The translations under genes were made by a program, and so were the position numbers. A DNA stretch of 64,000 bases from Haliotis cracherodii (lineage: Eukaryota): positions 12,338,001-12,402,000 of the forward strand of contig NW_027266277.1 of assembly GCF_022045235.1 (NCBI RefSeq), read 5' to 3'. The notes under the pieces are model-generated. The model was given only the letters and a program-made list of their open reading frames with translations. It did not search any database and was not told where the DNA came from. Of this stretch, positions 10,430-23,958 are shown one piece after another (positions within the stretch are counted from its first letter, which is position 1; each line of letters begins with the position of its first letter).

Positions 10430-11630
10430 CTCTGACATTGTGCATATAGTCACACATTCGGACAACGTCTATGCAAATCACACATTCTGACATCGTGCAT
10501 TCAAAAGGCACATTCTGAGAATGTGCATTCAAATGACACATTCTTGCTGCATACATTGAATCGAAACATTCTTCCATGGAGCGAGCTTTCAAGTCACACA
10601 TTCTCTAAGCGTGCTTTCAAATCACACATTCTTCCATGGAGCGAGCTTTCAAGTTACACATTCTCCAAGCGTGCTTTCAAATCACACATTCTTCCATGGA
10701 GCGAGCTTTCAAATCACACATTCTTCCATGGAGCGAGCTTTCAAGTTACACATTCTCCAAGCGTGCTTTCAAATCACACATTCTTCCATGGAGCGAGCTT
10801 TCAAATCACACATTCTCGGAGAAGCAGTCAGATCATACATTCTGAGAACGTACATTCAAATCACAAATTCTCAGAATGTAACTCAAATCACACATTCTGA
10901 GAACGAACTTTCAAACCACACATTCTGAGAACGTACATTCTCAAATCACATATTCTGACAGCGAGCATTCTCAAATGACATATTCTGACAGCGAGCATTC
11001 AAATCTCACATTCTGAGAACGTACATTCAAATCACACATTCTGAGAAATTACATTCAAAGTACACGTTCTTCCACTGTGCGAATTCTCAGGTCACACATT
11101 CTCCAAGCGAACTTTCAAATCACACAAACTGGGAACGTACATTCAAATCACACATTCTAAGGACGTACATTCAAATCACACATTCTGAGAACGCACATTC
11201 AAATCACATATTCTGAGAACTTACACTCAAATCACACATTCTGAGAACTTACATTCAAATCACACATTCTGAGAACGTACATTCAAAGCACACATTCTGA
11301 GAACACACATTCAAAACACACATTCTGAGAACGTACATTCAAATCACACATTCTGGGAACGTGCATTTAAATCTCACATTCTGGGAACGTGCATTCAAAT
11401 CTCACATTCTGAGAACGTGCATTCAAATGTCACATTCTGGGAACGTGCATTCAAAACACACGTTCTTCCACGGAGCGAAGTCAGGCATTCTCCCAGCGAA
11501 CTATCAAATCACAAATTCTGGGAGAAGCGTTCAAATCACACATTCTGAGAACGTACATCCAAATCGCACATTCTAGCAGCGAGCTTTCAGATCACACATT
11601 CAATCAGCAAGCATTCAAATCACACGATCT
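10430..11630. repeat. Minisatellite, 28-bp unit (ACATTCAAATCACACATTCTGAGAACGT), ~40 copies, with a 60-bp higher-order sub-array
   Basis: CATTCAAATC at 11168 and 11196 (28-bp spacing); alternating 32/28-bp variants at 10566-10815. Confidence 0.95.
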
Positions 11631-12348
11631 GAGCGCAATCCCACCACATATTTAGCATGCCTATGCATGTTGTTTGTGCCAGACTGTTGACATTTGACTC
11701 ATCAATAAACAACAAACAGTGCCGCTTTGACAATAATTATTTGACAACAGGTCAACCGAAAAAGTCCACCGAAGTCAATATGTTCCGTAAGGTATGACTT
11801 CCGGTCAACGAGGGTGTCTATCGTGTGTCACATTGCAGAATAAACCGGACAAATTCTCTAATTACAAGAGCATGTTAGTCCAGTCCGAACGATTGATCCG
11901 ACTGTGGTCGATGTGTTGTCTTATCTCGATTGCTTGGCGCGAGATCATTCTCACTCTGCTAGTTTTCCCACGAGATGGACATTATGAATTAGGTACTTCG
12001 ACCCCGGTGGGATTTCTGCAAGATGGAGAATCTGAATCTTTCGCATTGAGAAGTCACAGTCAACGACGAAAATGAACTCAAATGATATATGAAGTCCATT
12101 TAAATACACTACCACAAATAAGTCTTTACGATTAGCATTCTGAATTCGAATTCATGAGTAAGTTAGTGTTAAATCATCCTCGATAATCCAGGGTATTTAT
12201 CCTCCTCTATGAAAAACAACCCCGAACCAATTTGCTTCCATAGCTTAGGGGTGGCTTATGCCATCTCTTTTATCAGTATCTGTTTATAGAATTGTTATTT
12301 TAAGTGTCGAGACATTCGAATTCAGAATGTGTACGCATTCCAAAAATG

Positions 12349-12350
<2 letters not shown>

Positions 12351-12418
<68 letters not shown>
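12351..12418. repeat. (GT)n microsatellite
   Basis: Direct reading; abuts a family C SINE where other copies carry an internal (CA)n. Confidence 0.95.
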
Positions 12419-12420
<2 letters not shown>

Positions 12421-12638
12421 ACTGTGCTAGCTCACTGAGATACCATTCTGCAATTTAACATGAATACTCTACTCAGACACTGTATACTGACTCCGAAACA
12501 ACCAATATTTGTTTTAAGACCTTGATGCAGAGCGCCTGGAAGGGTAACAACAAGTACCATCTTTTAACGTCTTTTGGTATGGAGATCGATCCACCGACCT
12601 TCCACTCTCCAGGCAGACGCTCTATCCACTAAACCACG
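12421..12638 (-). mobile_element. tRNA-derived SINE family C, 3'-truncated
   Basis: Aligns with copies at 18831, 30627 and 44954. Confidence 0.85.
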
Positions 12639-12883
12639 ATCACCCATGCTTTGAATCGCTGTTTCAAATTCAATGTTTAAATACAGCTAGAAAGATTGAT
12701 GACTGCAACACGTTACACAAAATTCATTCACTCAAACACAAAGGTTTTACATACACCAATCCGACTATTCACCTACACATGCAAATCCATCACGGAAGAA
12801 AACTTTGCTGAAACACAAAATGTGGCCAATGGTACGTGTTTCTCACAACAAGCACCGGATTTTCGATGACTTCAAACACTGAA

Positions 12884-13137
12884 ACCTATGAAGATTTGGG
12901 TTGGAATTGGACTCCAGCAACCCATGCTTGTCGTAAGAGGTGGCTAACGGGATCGGGTGGTCAGGCTCGCTGACTTGGTTGATGCATGTCATCGTATCCC
13001 AATTGCGTGGATCGATGCTCATAATGCCAATCAATACATTGTCTGGTCCAGACTCGATTATTTACAGACCGCCGTCATAGAGATGAAATATTGCTGAGTG
13101 CGGCGTTAAAACAACAACAACAAAAAAACCACCCACC
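12884..13137 (+). mobile_element. Retroposon family B
   Basis: CCCATGCTTGTCGTAAGAGG...GCGGCGTTAAAACAAC tail. Confidence 0.88.
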
Positions 13138-13913
13138 TATCTAAAGATAACCAAACCTGTCTTCCAATCCCCTGAACCACGGATAGATTATATCAAACAA
13201 TTATATTGGCACTTCCCCAGACACTTCTTAAATGGCACTTATATAATTTAAAAAAATTACAAGATAATACTTGGTAAGGGCTTCTCATGGATTCCTGCCT
13301 GCCCCTACCAGTAGGTACATGAAACAAAACTCCTTAATGTGATGTATCAGGTGTTATGGGAACGATGGTAACAGTGATAAATACGTGCGACAATATTAGT
13401 ATGACCGGGTGAGCCTCCATTGTGGGGGATCGTGAAATGAATTTGTTCAGGGGGGTTACGTCATGGCGATTACAACAGGCGGCTGTGAGGGTCGAAGCCA
13501 TTGTCATCTAGGACATGAAAGACTCTCATGTGAACATGTGAAAATATAACATTAGTTTAACCTAACATGCAGTGGAACGGAACGATGGCAAAGATTGGCG
13601 ACGCACATGGGATCTTAGTCTGTCTTACAGACCCTGATACAAATATATATCAAATACAGCCCATGCAAGTCTATAATGTTTGGCAAGTCTAGATCACTGC
13701 AGTATCAGGCTGAAAATGAAGAGAGTCACGAGGCTCCTTTGTATTATATTTTTATTAAGATATCTGAACAACTGTTTTTTCTGTGCGATATGTTCATTTC
13801 AGAGACTAGATGTTAGTCTAATGGGATCTCAATGATAACGGATGCTCAGTTCTCGTTCCACTAAGCGATCGTACTGCTTTTAGGGCTAACGGACTTCTCA
13901 TAGTTTAACATAG

Positions 13914-14098
13914 CGAGTGGTTTATAGTGACGTGACATCTTGTTATGGAGGGAAAGCCCGAACTGATACCGGTCTTACACGCCTAAAACACGAGCACGGC
14001 GAATCTGGGATTCGAATCAACGATCACAGGTTCCTGGCACGCATAAGGCACGCAACTCGACAGCGAATGCAACGCCACCTTGTTTAGCGAGACCTACC
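13914..14098 (-). mobile_element. Old family D-like SINE inserted in a short hairpin MITE
   Basis: TSD CATAGTTTAACAT at 13899-13911 and 14099-14111; D-like motifs; flanks resemble 52038-52140. Confidence 0.7.
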
Positions 14099-14175
14099 CA
14101 TAGTTTAACATGGACTTTGTAAACGGGATCCCGAGGTCACTTTATATAATACATGTTCTTCGTATTCTTCAAAAT

Positions 14176-14328
14176 GGGTAGCCAAGTGGTTAAAGCGTAC
14201 GCTCGCCACGCCGAAGAAATGAGTTCGACTCTCCGCTTAGTCAATAAGTGAAGTCTATGCTTGGTGTTCCGGGTCCTGGCGTGGTTTGAATATTGGTAAA
14301 ATGCGACATAAAACAATATTCACTCACT
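14176..14328 (+). mobile_element. SINE family A, diverged
   Basis: GGGTAGCCAAGTGGTTAAAGCG...CACTCACT. Confidence 0.8.
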
Positions 14329-14801
14329 ATTCCTGCAAAATGTGGTGCAGGAAACGATTTACCCCTGGGTTTTCCGAATTAGAATTGGTACCCTTGCTTG
14401 CCCCAGAAGCCAACTTAAATGGACAGGGTGATTAGGCTCTTGCATAAAAAAATGACCAACAAATGTAATAAATAAACAATAGAAATTACGGTGCTCTTTT
14501 TAAAATTGGGCGCAGCACAAGACCTTAAATGTCCTGTTGGCTACGTGGACAGAATAATTGACAGCGCGATAGAAAGAATACTAGAAAATTAAATAAATTC
14601 TTTCATATGTTGTGCAATATCTACGGATAAAACTACATGAATAAACCGTTAATATAATATCGGGCAAAATAAAGTATACATATACATATATGTAAAGTAT
14701 ACATATATGTTTTGATTTGATCAAAACATGACAACAGTTATCAAAACGTTACTAGTGTCAAATCACTCACTGAAATATTGCAAACTTACGACCTAAAACA
14801 T

Positions 14802-15044
14802 ATAGTCTTCAGCAACCCATGTTTGCCATAAAAGGCGACTATGCTTGTCGTAAGAGGCGACTAACGGGATCGGGTGGTCAGGCTCGCTGACTTGGTTGAA
14901 GCATGTCATCGATCCCAATTGCGTGGATCGATGCTCATGATATGCACTGGATTGTCTGGTCCAAACTCGATTATTTTACAGACCCCCGTAATATAGCTGG
15001 GATATTGCTGAGTGCGGCGTTTAACAACAAACCAACCAACCAAC
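14802..15044 (+). mobile_element. Retroposon family B
   Basis: TSD TACGACCTAAA at 14787-14797 and 15045-15055. Confidence 0.9.
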
Positions 15045-18000
15045 TACGACCTAAATCAGAACTAGGATATTAAACACATCACCATTGAATAACAATTTCT
15101 TGTGTGTTTCACTCATAGCCACTGTAAAACATGGGTGTACACTATCTTTTCCCCGGCCGTTTAGCAATGTGTACATGTGCTGACTTTTTTGCCCAAGGTT
15201 GTTTTTTTTGTGCTCATTAAACTGTCTGTACTATTCGGTTCAAGAAATCCATTAAATCCATTTTCTTCGTCGGCCATATTGGCGGCCATCTTGGATGTCA
15301 GACTATATTCATTCAATAAACGTCTTCAATTCACTTCCAGCAAATCTTTGACGTCATTGTTTGAATTATGCAATAGCTGATCTCACCTCCTCTGTCAAGA
15401 GATGCGGAAATTCAGCTGTAAAACAAGTCGTTTAACTATCTCCTGCTTGAAAACACGCGTAAATGAAGACAGATTGTTTAGCGAAACGACACGACATTAT
15501 CTCACCATCAAATCGTAAACATCCTTGATAGATTTATTCAACCGAAGTTGCAAAACACTATCATTTACATCATTCACATTAAGGAGGAAATTGTATATAT
15601 AATAGCTGATAAAAGCGTTGTTAAAATCTCAGATGAAGCTATCAATTTGCACTTCCCACGATCAATTAATTATTATGATTGAACACATAATAAATTAGTC
15701 ATCCTGTGCCCATTTTATCAACGCCGTGATGCACAACAGCGCTGTCTTCGTTGTTTCCAGACAACAACGACGACGGAAACATCAGTCTTCTTGTAGTCTG
15801 ATAAAAGCCTAGATTTGATATGACAAATATATTAGGGATTAGTTACTCCCAATGTCTCAGACAGAAAGAAGCGTTACCAGAAAATATCCAGTATATGTAT
15901 TTATTGAGAAAAATTGTTTCCTGTGCTAAAAAGCTATTGTGTCCTTTTGAAAAGACATGTTGGATGGGCGAGATACCGTATCTTAGAGACTGCCTTCTTA
16001 TCAGATGGGATGGGCGCGTTCGTTGTTAAGGGGAACGCAAATTCCCCCTAAAAACAACCAGTATGTTAACCTGGACGAAACCAAGATTCGTCAGATACTC
16101 TTTGCTTGTAGTGTAGATATTAACAACAAAGATGGCACCCGATTTGTTTCATATAACTATAGTTAGTCATAAGTCATACCAATAAATAGAAGTAAAAGAC
16201 AATCTGATTTTGTTTCTTATGACTACAGTTAATCTGTCATGTTTTTTTCCAACAGTATTAATGGTATTATTTCATGAATGGGTGAATGTTGTTTAACGCC
16301 GTAGTCTGCAATATTCTATATTAACACTGGACCGGTGCGTTATGGGATAGTCAAACTATTGACGGTAAGCATTAGAAATATGTTAAATGTCAGTCAAACA
16401 CGTCAAGTCACGTTTATATTCTGAACACGAATATTCCTCCAATACTGTCCAATTCATAGTAGCAGAAAGGACGAAAAATCCACAACATATATATTTTGGA
16501 AAATTTATTAGAAACTAGGGTCAAGTCAAGGTGTATAATATTGAAAACAACAACCTCGTAACATGCTACCCATAGTGGTTCTAATTGTATTTCGTTGTAC
16601 ACAATGACGGACGAATGGTCACAAATGAGATATTCAATATGGCCGACGTGACGGACATATTGAATATCTGATTGGTACCTGATAGGTTAATGTTGATATC
16701 GTCATAAGAGATAACATCAACATCAGGCGACAGCGACTTCGGAGCAGTTTACAACGTCACAGAAAATATTTACAGACGACGGCGGAAAAAATGCAACATC
16801 AATGCAAAGATAAGCTATAATTACGATCTTTGACAAGAAGATAATTCATCATTTTCAACGGTAACGCTCAGCTCTTAAAAAGTATCACTATTTTGTCCTT
16901 TCGAATTTCTTCAAGTGTTTTTAATTCCTTGTTTTGAGCTTCTGCTATGCTGTCATTCTAATAATGTGCACGATTAAATATATTTTGCACTTTTAAATTT
17001 CGTCAACAAGCAATTTTTCAGTGTTATAGCCGGCTAAAAAATTGCAATTGTATATTCTACACAAGCCTTGCTCCAAGGCTGTACGGGAAGAAAGCTCCAT
17101 GGATGTGTAGTAATTCTATCCTCCTAATATGCAAATCTAGATATGAAGGGACAACTTGTTCTTATTATTTACATAATCTAGAACTTATGATTTCAACTAA
17201 TTATTATTGCCTAAGAGACTTGTGCAAATCAAATTCTACACTGTCAGGGTAAAAAAAACCACTTCTTTCTTTGAGCTTTGTCGAAGCGTACGTGTTATAT
17301 GGGACAGCAGACCTGTCCTTTGACCCATTTAATCGTGTTCAATTGAATTACAACCTTCTTTTTGGCCTAATTGTTTGTTGTTTTTTTGTCTTCAATATAC
17401 GCAGCGGAACCGCGAATCGCAAACATAATCGTGTTTAGACGAACTCCAGAAAAGATGCCTGTTTGCTCGTGTGCCCGCGATCCACAGTCCGGTTCGACAT
17501 GACTAATTACAAGAGAGTTCTTGCCGAGTCAACCTACAGATAAATACAACACTAGCATTGACACAAACGATAAAGGGATTGTGAAAGGAGAATACAAACG
17601 ACAGTTCGGGTCTCCGAGAGATAGGAATGGCTTCACGTAGATGTCATTCCCTGAGAGATTAGTTTTAGAATCACAGTCACACGCAGCACAGGTATAAAGA
17701 CAGTTGTTGGATTTGAACTGCCGGAGCTACAAAAATCAATAAATTGCTCTTTGATTTCTGATTAGTATCGATACTTAGATCGATGGAGCACTTGATCAAG
17801 CATCTGAATAGCGTCGTTGACAGTCACGTGACACTAGGTTGCGTCTAAGAGTAACAGTAGTAACGCGACTAGATTATAAAGTTAGATGCTTGTAAAGATT
17901 ATCTCTCTGTGTCATAGAGCATGCATTTACCACTTGAACACAGCCAGTATATTCAGGTGGAGGTGCCCGGGGTTTATCTGTAATAATAATAGCCTAAACA

Positions 18001-18431
18001 TCAAGCCCTATCAACTACCGTGCCCGGATCCATTCGCTTGCCCGTGGCTAGCTACAAGGGCAGATAACTCACGTCAGACACTGACGGCAAGTCGCCACGT
18101 GTGAACATGTCATTGTCTGCCAATCATTTGTCCATGTGTCACGTGACAGGTATAGATACGATAACGAAAGGGGACATTCAGGTCTTCTTTTAATGTGAAA
18201 AGCCAACAACATAAAAATCCCAGCTTGTCAAATTGTGTGATCGTTGCTGATAATTCGATGGTAATATCGCTACTGTTACAAGTTTTTGGACAGTTTTATT
18301 GCCGTCAGTGTTGAATTACGTTTGTTGAAAGAAATGTCACATATATAGCTGAAAATAAAATTCACAATCACACAGGTGGCTAGGTCACATATTCACAGGG
18401 CATGAAACATTTGAAACTTTGTTACTCGGAT

Positions 18432-18696
18432 GTTGGTTGGTTTGTTGGTTTACGCCGCACTCACCAATATTCCAGCTGTATGACGGCGGTCTGTAAGTAA
18501 TCGAGTCTGGACCAGTCAATCAAGTGATTGATATCATGAGCATCGATCCACACAATTGGGATGCCATGACATGCTTCAACCAAGTCAGCGAGCCAGACCA
18601 CCCGACCCCGTTAGTTGGCTCTTATGACAAGCATAGTCGCCTTTTACAACAAACACGGGTTGCTGAAGACCTATTCTACTCAAGATCTTCAAGGGT
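18432..18696 (-). mobile_element. Retroposon family B
   Basis: Full-length match to family consensus. Confidence 0.9.
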
Positions 18697-18830
18697 CTTA
18701 CGCGTATGTAATATGGCTAGATACTAAAGGCAAAAAAAGTAATGAAAAACTTTAACCCATGTTATGAAAAAGTAACAACACGTTGTAAGGATTGGTAAAT
18801 ACTGACACTCCCAGACGCTAATTCGGAACC

Positions 18831-19183
18831 GGGACCTCCCCCGTGGTCTAGTGGTAGAGTGTCCACCCGGTGGGTGGAAGGTCGGAGTTCGACCCCTAGT
18901 CTCATCGTTAAAAAGACGTTAAAAAGATGGTACTTGTTGTTACCCTGTCTGGCGCTCGGCATTAAGGGGCTAAAACAAAGACTGGTCGGCTCGGAGTCAG
19001 TATACTGTGTCTGAGTTGGGTATTCATGTTAAAGTGTGGTATCTCAGTGGGATAGCACTTAAAAATTAAAAGCATTAGTCCGGACTAGTACAAGCAGTCA
19101 CACACATACATGCATGCACGTTGCTATATATTACAAGCGCAATAATCTTGAACGCGACGTTTAACCCATTTTCACTTCATCTC
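18831..19183 (+). mobile_element. tRNA-derived SINE family C (Meta/MESC-like core), full length
   Basis: GTGGTCTAGTGG A box, GAGTTCGACCC B box, core AAAGACGTTAAAAGATGGTACTTGTTGTTACCCTGTCTGGCGCTCGGCATTAAGGG; domain name is from recall. Confidence 0.88.
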
Positions 19184-19249
19184 ATTCGGGATGGGGTGTT
19201 TAGTTGAGCACAGAGTTGTGTCCCGTATTGCGCGCCGTGAACGTGGGTG

Positions 19250-19562
19250 GGAGCGTATAATGTACGTATGGTGTATGTACGTGTGTACGTGCGTGTGGGT
19301 GGGTGGGTGTGGGAGGGGGGGGGGGGGTATAATATATGTATGGTGTGTGTGTGCGTGAGTGCGTGCGTGTGGGTGTGTGGGGTATAATGTACGTATGGTG
19401 TGTGTGTGCGTACGTGTGTGCGTGTACTTGTGCGTGTTTGCGTGGCATGGTGTGGGGTGGGTGTGTGGGTATCTACGTGTTTGTGTATGATTGCGTGCGT
19501 GACTTTATAAGTAATTTGGCGTGTGTGTGTGTGCGTGTGCGTGTGCGTGCAAGCGTGCGTGT
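19250..19562. repeat. Compound GT/GCGT-rich simple repeat
   Basis: Direct reading; explains the His/Thr and Cys/Val-rich ORFs here. Confidence 0.9.
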
Positions 19563-20536
19563 TCATAACCCAACCTTAATTTTAAACATTGTGTTAGTAT
19601 AAGTCTTATTTTACCTTATCCAGATCATGACTATAATTTGCTTTTATGTCTAAGTGTCTCGTAGGCCATACCTGGTCGGATGTTATATTTTATTGTTCGT
19701 GTACGTGTTTTAGTATGAAGTGTATATAACATGTGACACTATAATAAACATTATTTTCTCATATTTTCTAATACACGAGGCAGTATGTTCGACTTATTTC
19801 AAATTGAAATACAGGATATTCCAGTTTAGATCTAAATGTGACGGTAGCCTCATGTTCAACTGACGTCGTCATTCTAACTCTTCACTTTTAAAGGTTTTAT
19901 TTTTAACGCAGACAGCCCCGAGGTACTTACTATGCAGAGAGATGTTCGCACTAAATGTCATTATATAATGGCGGCCGTAGCAGGAAGGTGCAGAACGGCG
20001 GTAAATATTACGGGAGAGGGGATTTGAATCTCATTACCTTCTTCTCATCCCCACTTAAATAGATACACTCAAATAAACTCGGCAAAAACTCGAGTTAGTA
20101 TTTTACTAAGGACTCACGTCAATGAGGGAATTTTTCACACGGGCTCGCCCCTTATCTATAGCCATCGTGAGAGCATGTTTTACATGGCGAGAAATAGCAA
20201 GATGGCATTTAAGTGTACTGTCAAAACTGGTCAATGTGTGGGTATACAGTCACTTAGTAACACAAAAACATAGAGGATAGATAGATAAATAATATACTTG
20301 GAAACCATGGTTGATGGACAGAAACACAGGTAGATGGGTGATATGCATATATAGATAGACAGACATACTGCTAGATGCCTGTGGTTGAGAAAAAATGCAT
20401 TGATAGATATGGACAGATATATATATATATATATATATATACAAATTAGATCGGTGGATGGGTAGGGATGGAGATACAGATCTATGGACAGGTGGGTGGG
20501 TGGCTAGATATATTTACAGATACATGTATGATATGA

Positions 20537-20782
20537 GAGTGAGAGAGAGAGAATGAGTGAGTGAGAGAGAAACAGAGAGAGAAAAAAGAGAGCAAGNNNN
20601 NNNNNNNNNNNNNNNNNNNNNNNNNNNNNNNNNNNNNNNNNNNNNNNNNNNNNNNNNNNNNNNNNNNNNNNNNNNNNNNNNNNNNNNNNNNNNNNNNNNN
20701 NNNNNNNNNNNNNNNNNNNNNNNNNNACGAGAGAGAGAGAAAAAAGAAAGAGAGAACGAGAGAGAGAGAGAGAGAGAGAGAG
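20537..20782. repeat. (GA)n-rich simple repeat containing an assembly gap (N 20597-20726)
   Basis: Direct reading. Confidence 0.95.
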
Positions 20783-20922
20783 ATGATGGATCCATGGATG
20801 GATTCTTTTCCTTATTCCTTACTGTAAAATAGTAACATAAAATAAAGTATCGATACAATCAGAACAATACTAAATAACAGCCAATCCGCGCTTCCTATTC
20901 TATTTGTGGCACATATCCGGGC

Positions 20923-21045
20923 TAGTCTGTCTCCCAGATCCTAGAGAGACCAAATAAAATTCCATTTGGAATTTATCTTTTTTATTTTGTAGATATATAT
21001 TTTTAAATAAGATAACTTTTTTCTTGGCTAAGCGTCAGTCTAATA
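20923..21045 (+). repeat. Unclassified AT-rich dispersed repeat, family E (related copies ~23590-23720, 32229-32420, 41373-41680, 46950-47125)
   Basis: Shared TAGTCTGTC.CCCAG start, TTTGGAATTTAT...TTTTGTAGATATATATTTTT core and (T)AGTCTA end across copies. Confidence 0.6.
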
Positions 21046-22210
21046 TCCGGGCCACAACTCCCACTGAAGGATGCAGCTTTCCCGGATGTGTAGAAGGATC
21101 ATATGAATAAATCACGTTCAACAAAATACACTTTTTATCACCATAAAGGATACATGTCTCATTTTAGAAGGCTTGACAGATAGTTGTATAAACATTCTCA
21201 CATCTGTTTAACTGACATGAAATTTTTTGAATAAATACAATATTTACGAGAAGATTCCCACTTTAACCAAAACCGTCTTTTGTTGAATTGTTTACAAAAT
21301 GCTACTTTTTATTTATGCATATTATTTGCATACATTAGGCGTTTATGTGCTGCAATCAGCTGCGGACTGTCCATGTGTATGCAAGATAGCTGTAGGGCAT
21401 CACGAGCCACGTGCAGCGTCAGGTGTTAATCTCTGCATGAAGCTGTCACGACAGGTAATCCCGTCTTTGATCAGGGATTAGCAGCACGTGGAGAGGTAAC
21501 GGCGGTGTGTACACTGTGACTCGACGTTTGCATCACTGTCTGTGCGACATCACCATACTACCAAATCAAGCAAAGTCGGGTAAACTGCAGTGTCGCTCTA
21601 AATGATTAAAAAAAACACCTCTTTCACTAAGTTATTTGCTTCAACCTCAGGTATACGGCGCCGATGTATTCTCTGGTCACCGCGACGTCTGTGCGAGTCC
21701 TATCGGGAATTCTTGTAAGGCTGAATGGTGATCCAGAAGCTGTTGAGGAGTTTGTGCGATGAACACCGTGGACAACTTGTGTGCTGACCCCCGTTCTATA
21801 TAGAGAGAATCTCACCCGAGTGTCTTTTGATATCAAATATATCAACACAAGTTGATAAAAGTGGAAAAATTCCGAGGCTTGCCGAGAATTTGGCTCGTGA
21901 TGCCCTACAGCTATCCAATATCATTCTTCCAACTTTTTTCAATTTGTAGACAGTAAAACGCAGTGTCTAAGTGTAAAAGGTACTGCCAATAGCTTCAGTA
22001 GCAGAGCCATTAGTGATGTCATTTGATTGTGACGTCATGGTAACCAGTGACGTTACAATGGTCTGCAAAGCATTGTGATGTAATTTCATTGCAGAGATAT
22101 CTACTGTGTAGCGATATCTCCTGTGGGAGCCAGTTTTGGATGATAAAAGTCAATGTTAAAGTACACGACTTATGTAGTCCCATACATTAACATTGATTAC
22201 AGTATAGGAA

Positions 22211-22463
22211 ACCTGTGAAGATACGGGTTAGAATAGGTCTTCAGCAACCCATGCTTGCCGAAGGCGAATATGCTTGTCGTAAAAGCGACTAACGGGATCG
22301 GGTGGTCAGGCTCGCTGACTTGGTTGATGCATGTCATCAATCCCAATTGCGTGGATCGATGCTCATGATGTCAGTCACTGGATTGTCTGGTCCAGACTCG
22401 ATTATTTACAGACTGCCGTTATGGAATATTGGTGAGTGCGGTTTTAAACAACAAACAAACAAA
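22211..22463 (+). mobile_element. Retroposon family B
   Basis: Full-length match. Confidence 0.9.
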
Positions 22464-23958
22464 TCAGAAGGTTATCCTGAATTGGTTTCAAGAGTACGAC
22501 AGATAGAAACACAAAAGAAACTGACAATTTACTGTTCTTCCATCTTTGATAAATTGTTTGATAGGCATTACTTAGAAGTTGATGTTACCCAGTTGTACAA
22601 AGGCTGTCGTGGCTGCCCTCGCCAACTTCTGACCCTCGTCACGCGCGCGTTAAACCTCTGACACCACTGACAGTCGGCGGATCCTGCAAATCTCAAACAT
22701 AAACAAATGTTTTTCCAAAGAACAACACCTCCTCATCAGTGAAGCCTCCTTCTGTATCTTACACTCGACCCGAATAAGTCCCCACCAACCACTCAATCAA
22801 CACACAACCCCTGTCCACAAGATGTATGCCCAGGGGAGACAACTGCTGTATACACGGTTTGCACGTGCTGCTCTAATATGGCCGCTCTGAAGATGATTAT
22901 GGATGCGCTTGGCTGATCTGTTTCAAGATGCAGATTTTCTGACCGGGAAATGAGATTGCCTCGGGTGATATTTTCTTAGCTGACAGTTGATGTTTAGAAA
23001 ATAAGGCTTGTAGATACTGTTCATTGTTTCTTCCTTCAAGGGGATAGCGCGGATATTTTAGCTGTCCCCTTGCCCCATCCTAACACACACTGTCCCGAAG
23101 CGCCCTGTAAGTCCCTAAGAAAACACTGCTAGTTGCTGCTGCGGTGTGGTGGGTTCTGTGGCATGCACGTCCTGTATTAGACAGGACCATTGTCAGTACG
23201 TCAGGGGGTTGCAGCGTCGAAGACAGAAAACCTCACAGAAATAGAGTAAATTAAGTTGAGAACATTGGCAGGTATTTTTGGACATGTAAACATGATATTG
23301 GCTTGACGTACTTCTAAGAAAGGGTCAAAGTCCAATGTCAACGAGAAACAATGTGTTTTGACACAACGGTGGGCACCGAGAATCGATATGATCAGGTGAT
23401 CGATATCGTGTGAGCTGTTGTGATGTATTGCTCTCAGATGTCACAAGCTGTCTTCTTTGAACAGCGATGGTCGTCAATTCAGAGTTGTCTACCTTGATCG
23501 GATGTCATATACATGAATATAGCTAATTCGCGAGTCCTGCGCCATAACTGTGGAATTTATGTAGAATTTATATTTTTTAATATAAAGATCAGACAAGTCT
23601 AGATCGAACTGAACCAAGTCTAGTTTCCTAGAATCCACAGCAAAAGAGAAAAGGTTCTTTTGAACAAAAAAATAAATAATTACTTTAAGGAAATGTTTTT
23701 ATTCAGTGTTAGTCTATGAAAGCAGCAGAGGAGAGGCCCTTTTGAATAAAAAATATAATTATTTTATAGAACTGTTTTTATTGACTAAGTGTTAGTCTAC
23801 GAATTCACCATTTCTGTATACCGGTAAGTGTTTTGTGTGAATACAACACTAATGCCAAGAGCTACATCAATAAATAAATAAATAAATAGGCCCTTTTACA
23901 ATTATTGTATAGGCAATATACATGATTTTACACATTAAACATGATTTTAAACACAGGT

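Noticed and set aside
10430-11630. CRISPR-like or coding interpretation of the 28-bp array
   Set aside because: Head-to-tail units with no unique spacers in a eukaryotic context; ORFs arise from stop-free repeats.
15160-15300. YY1-like CAAGATGGCCGCC with short minus-strand ORF (MAANMADEENG...)
   Set aside because: Stops after ~42 codons with no good donor; the motif is common in DNA-transposon remnants.
19177-19602. His/Thr-rich and Cys/Val-rich ORFs
   Set aside because: Products of GT/CA simple repeats.
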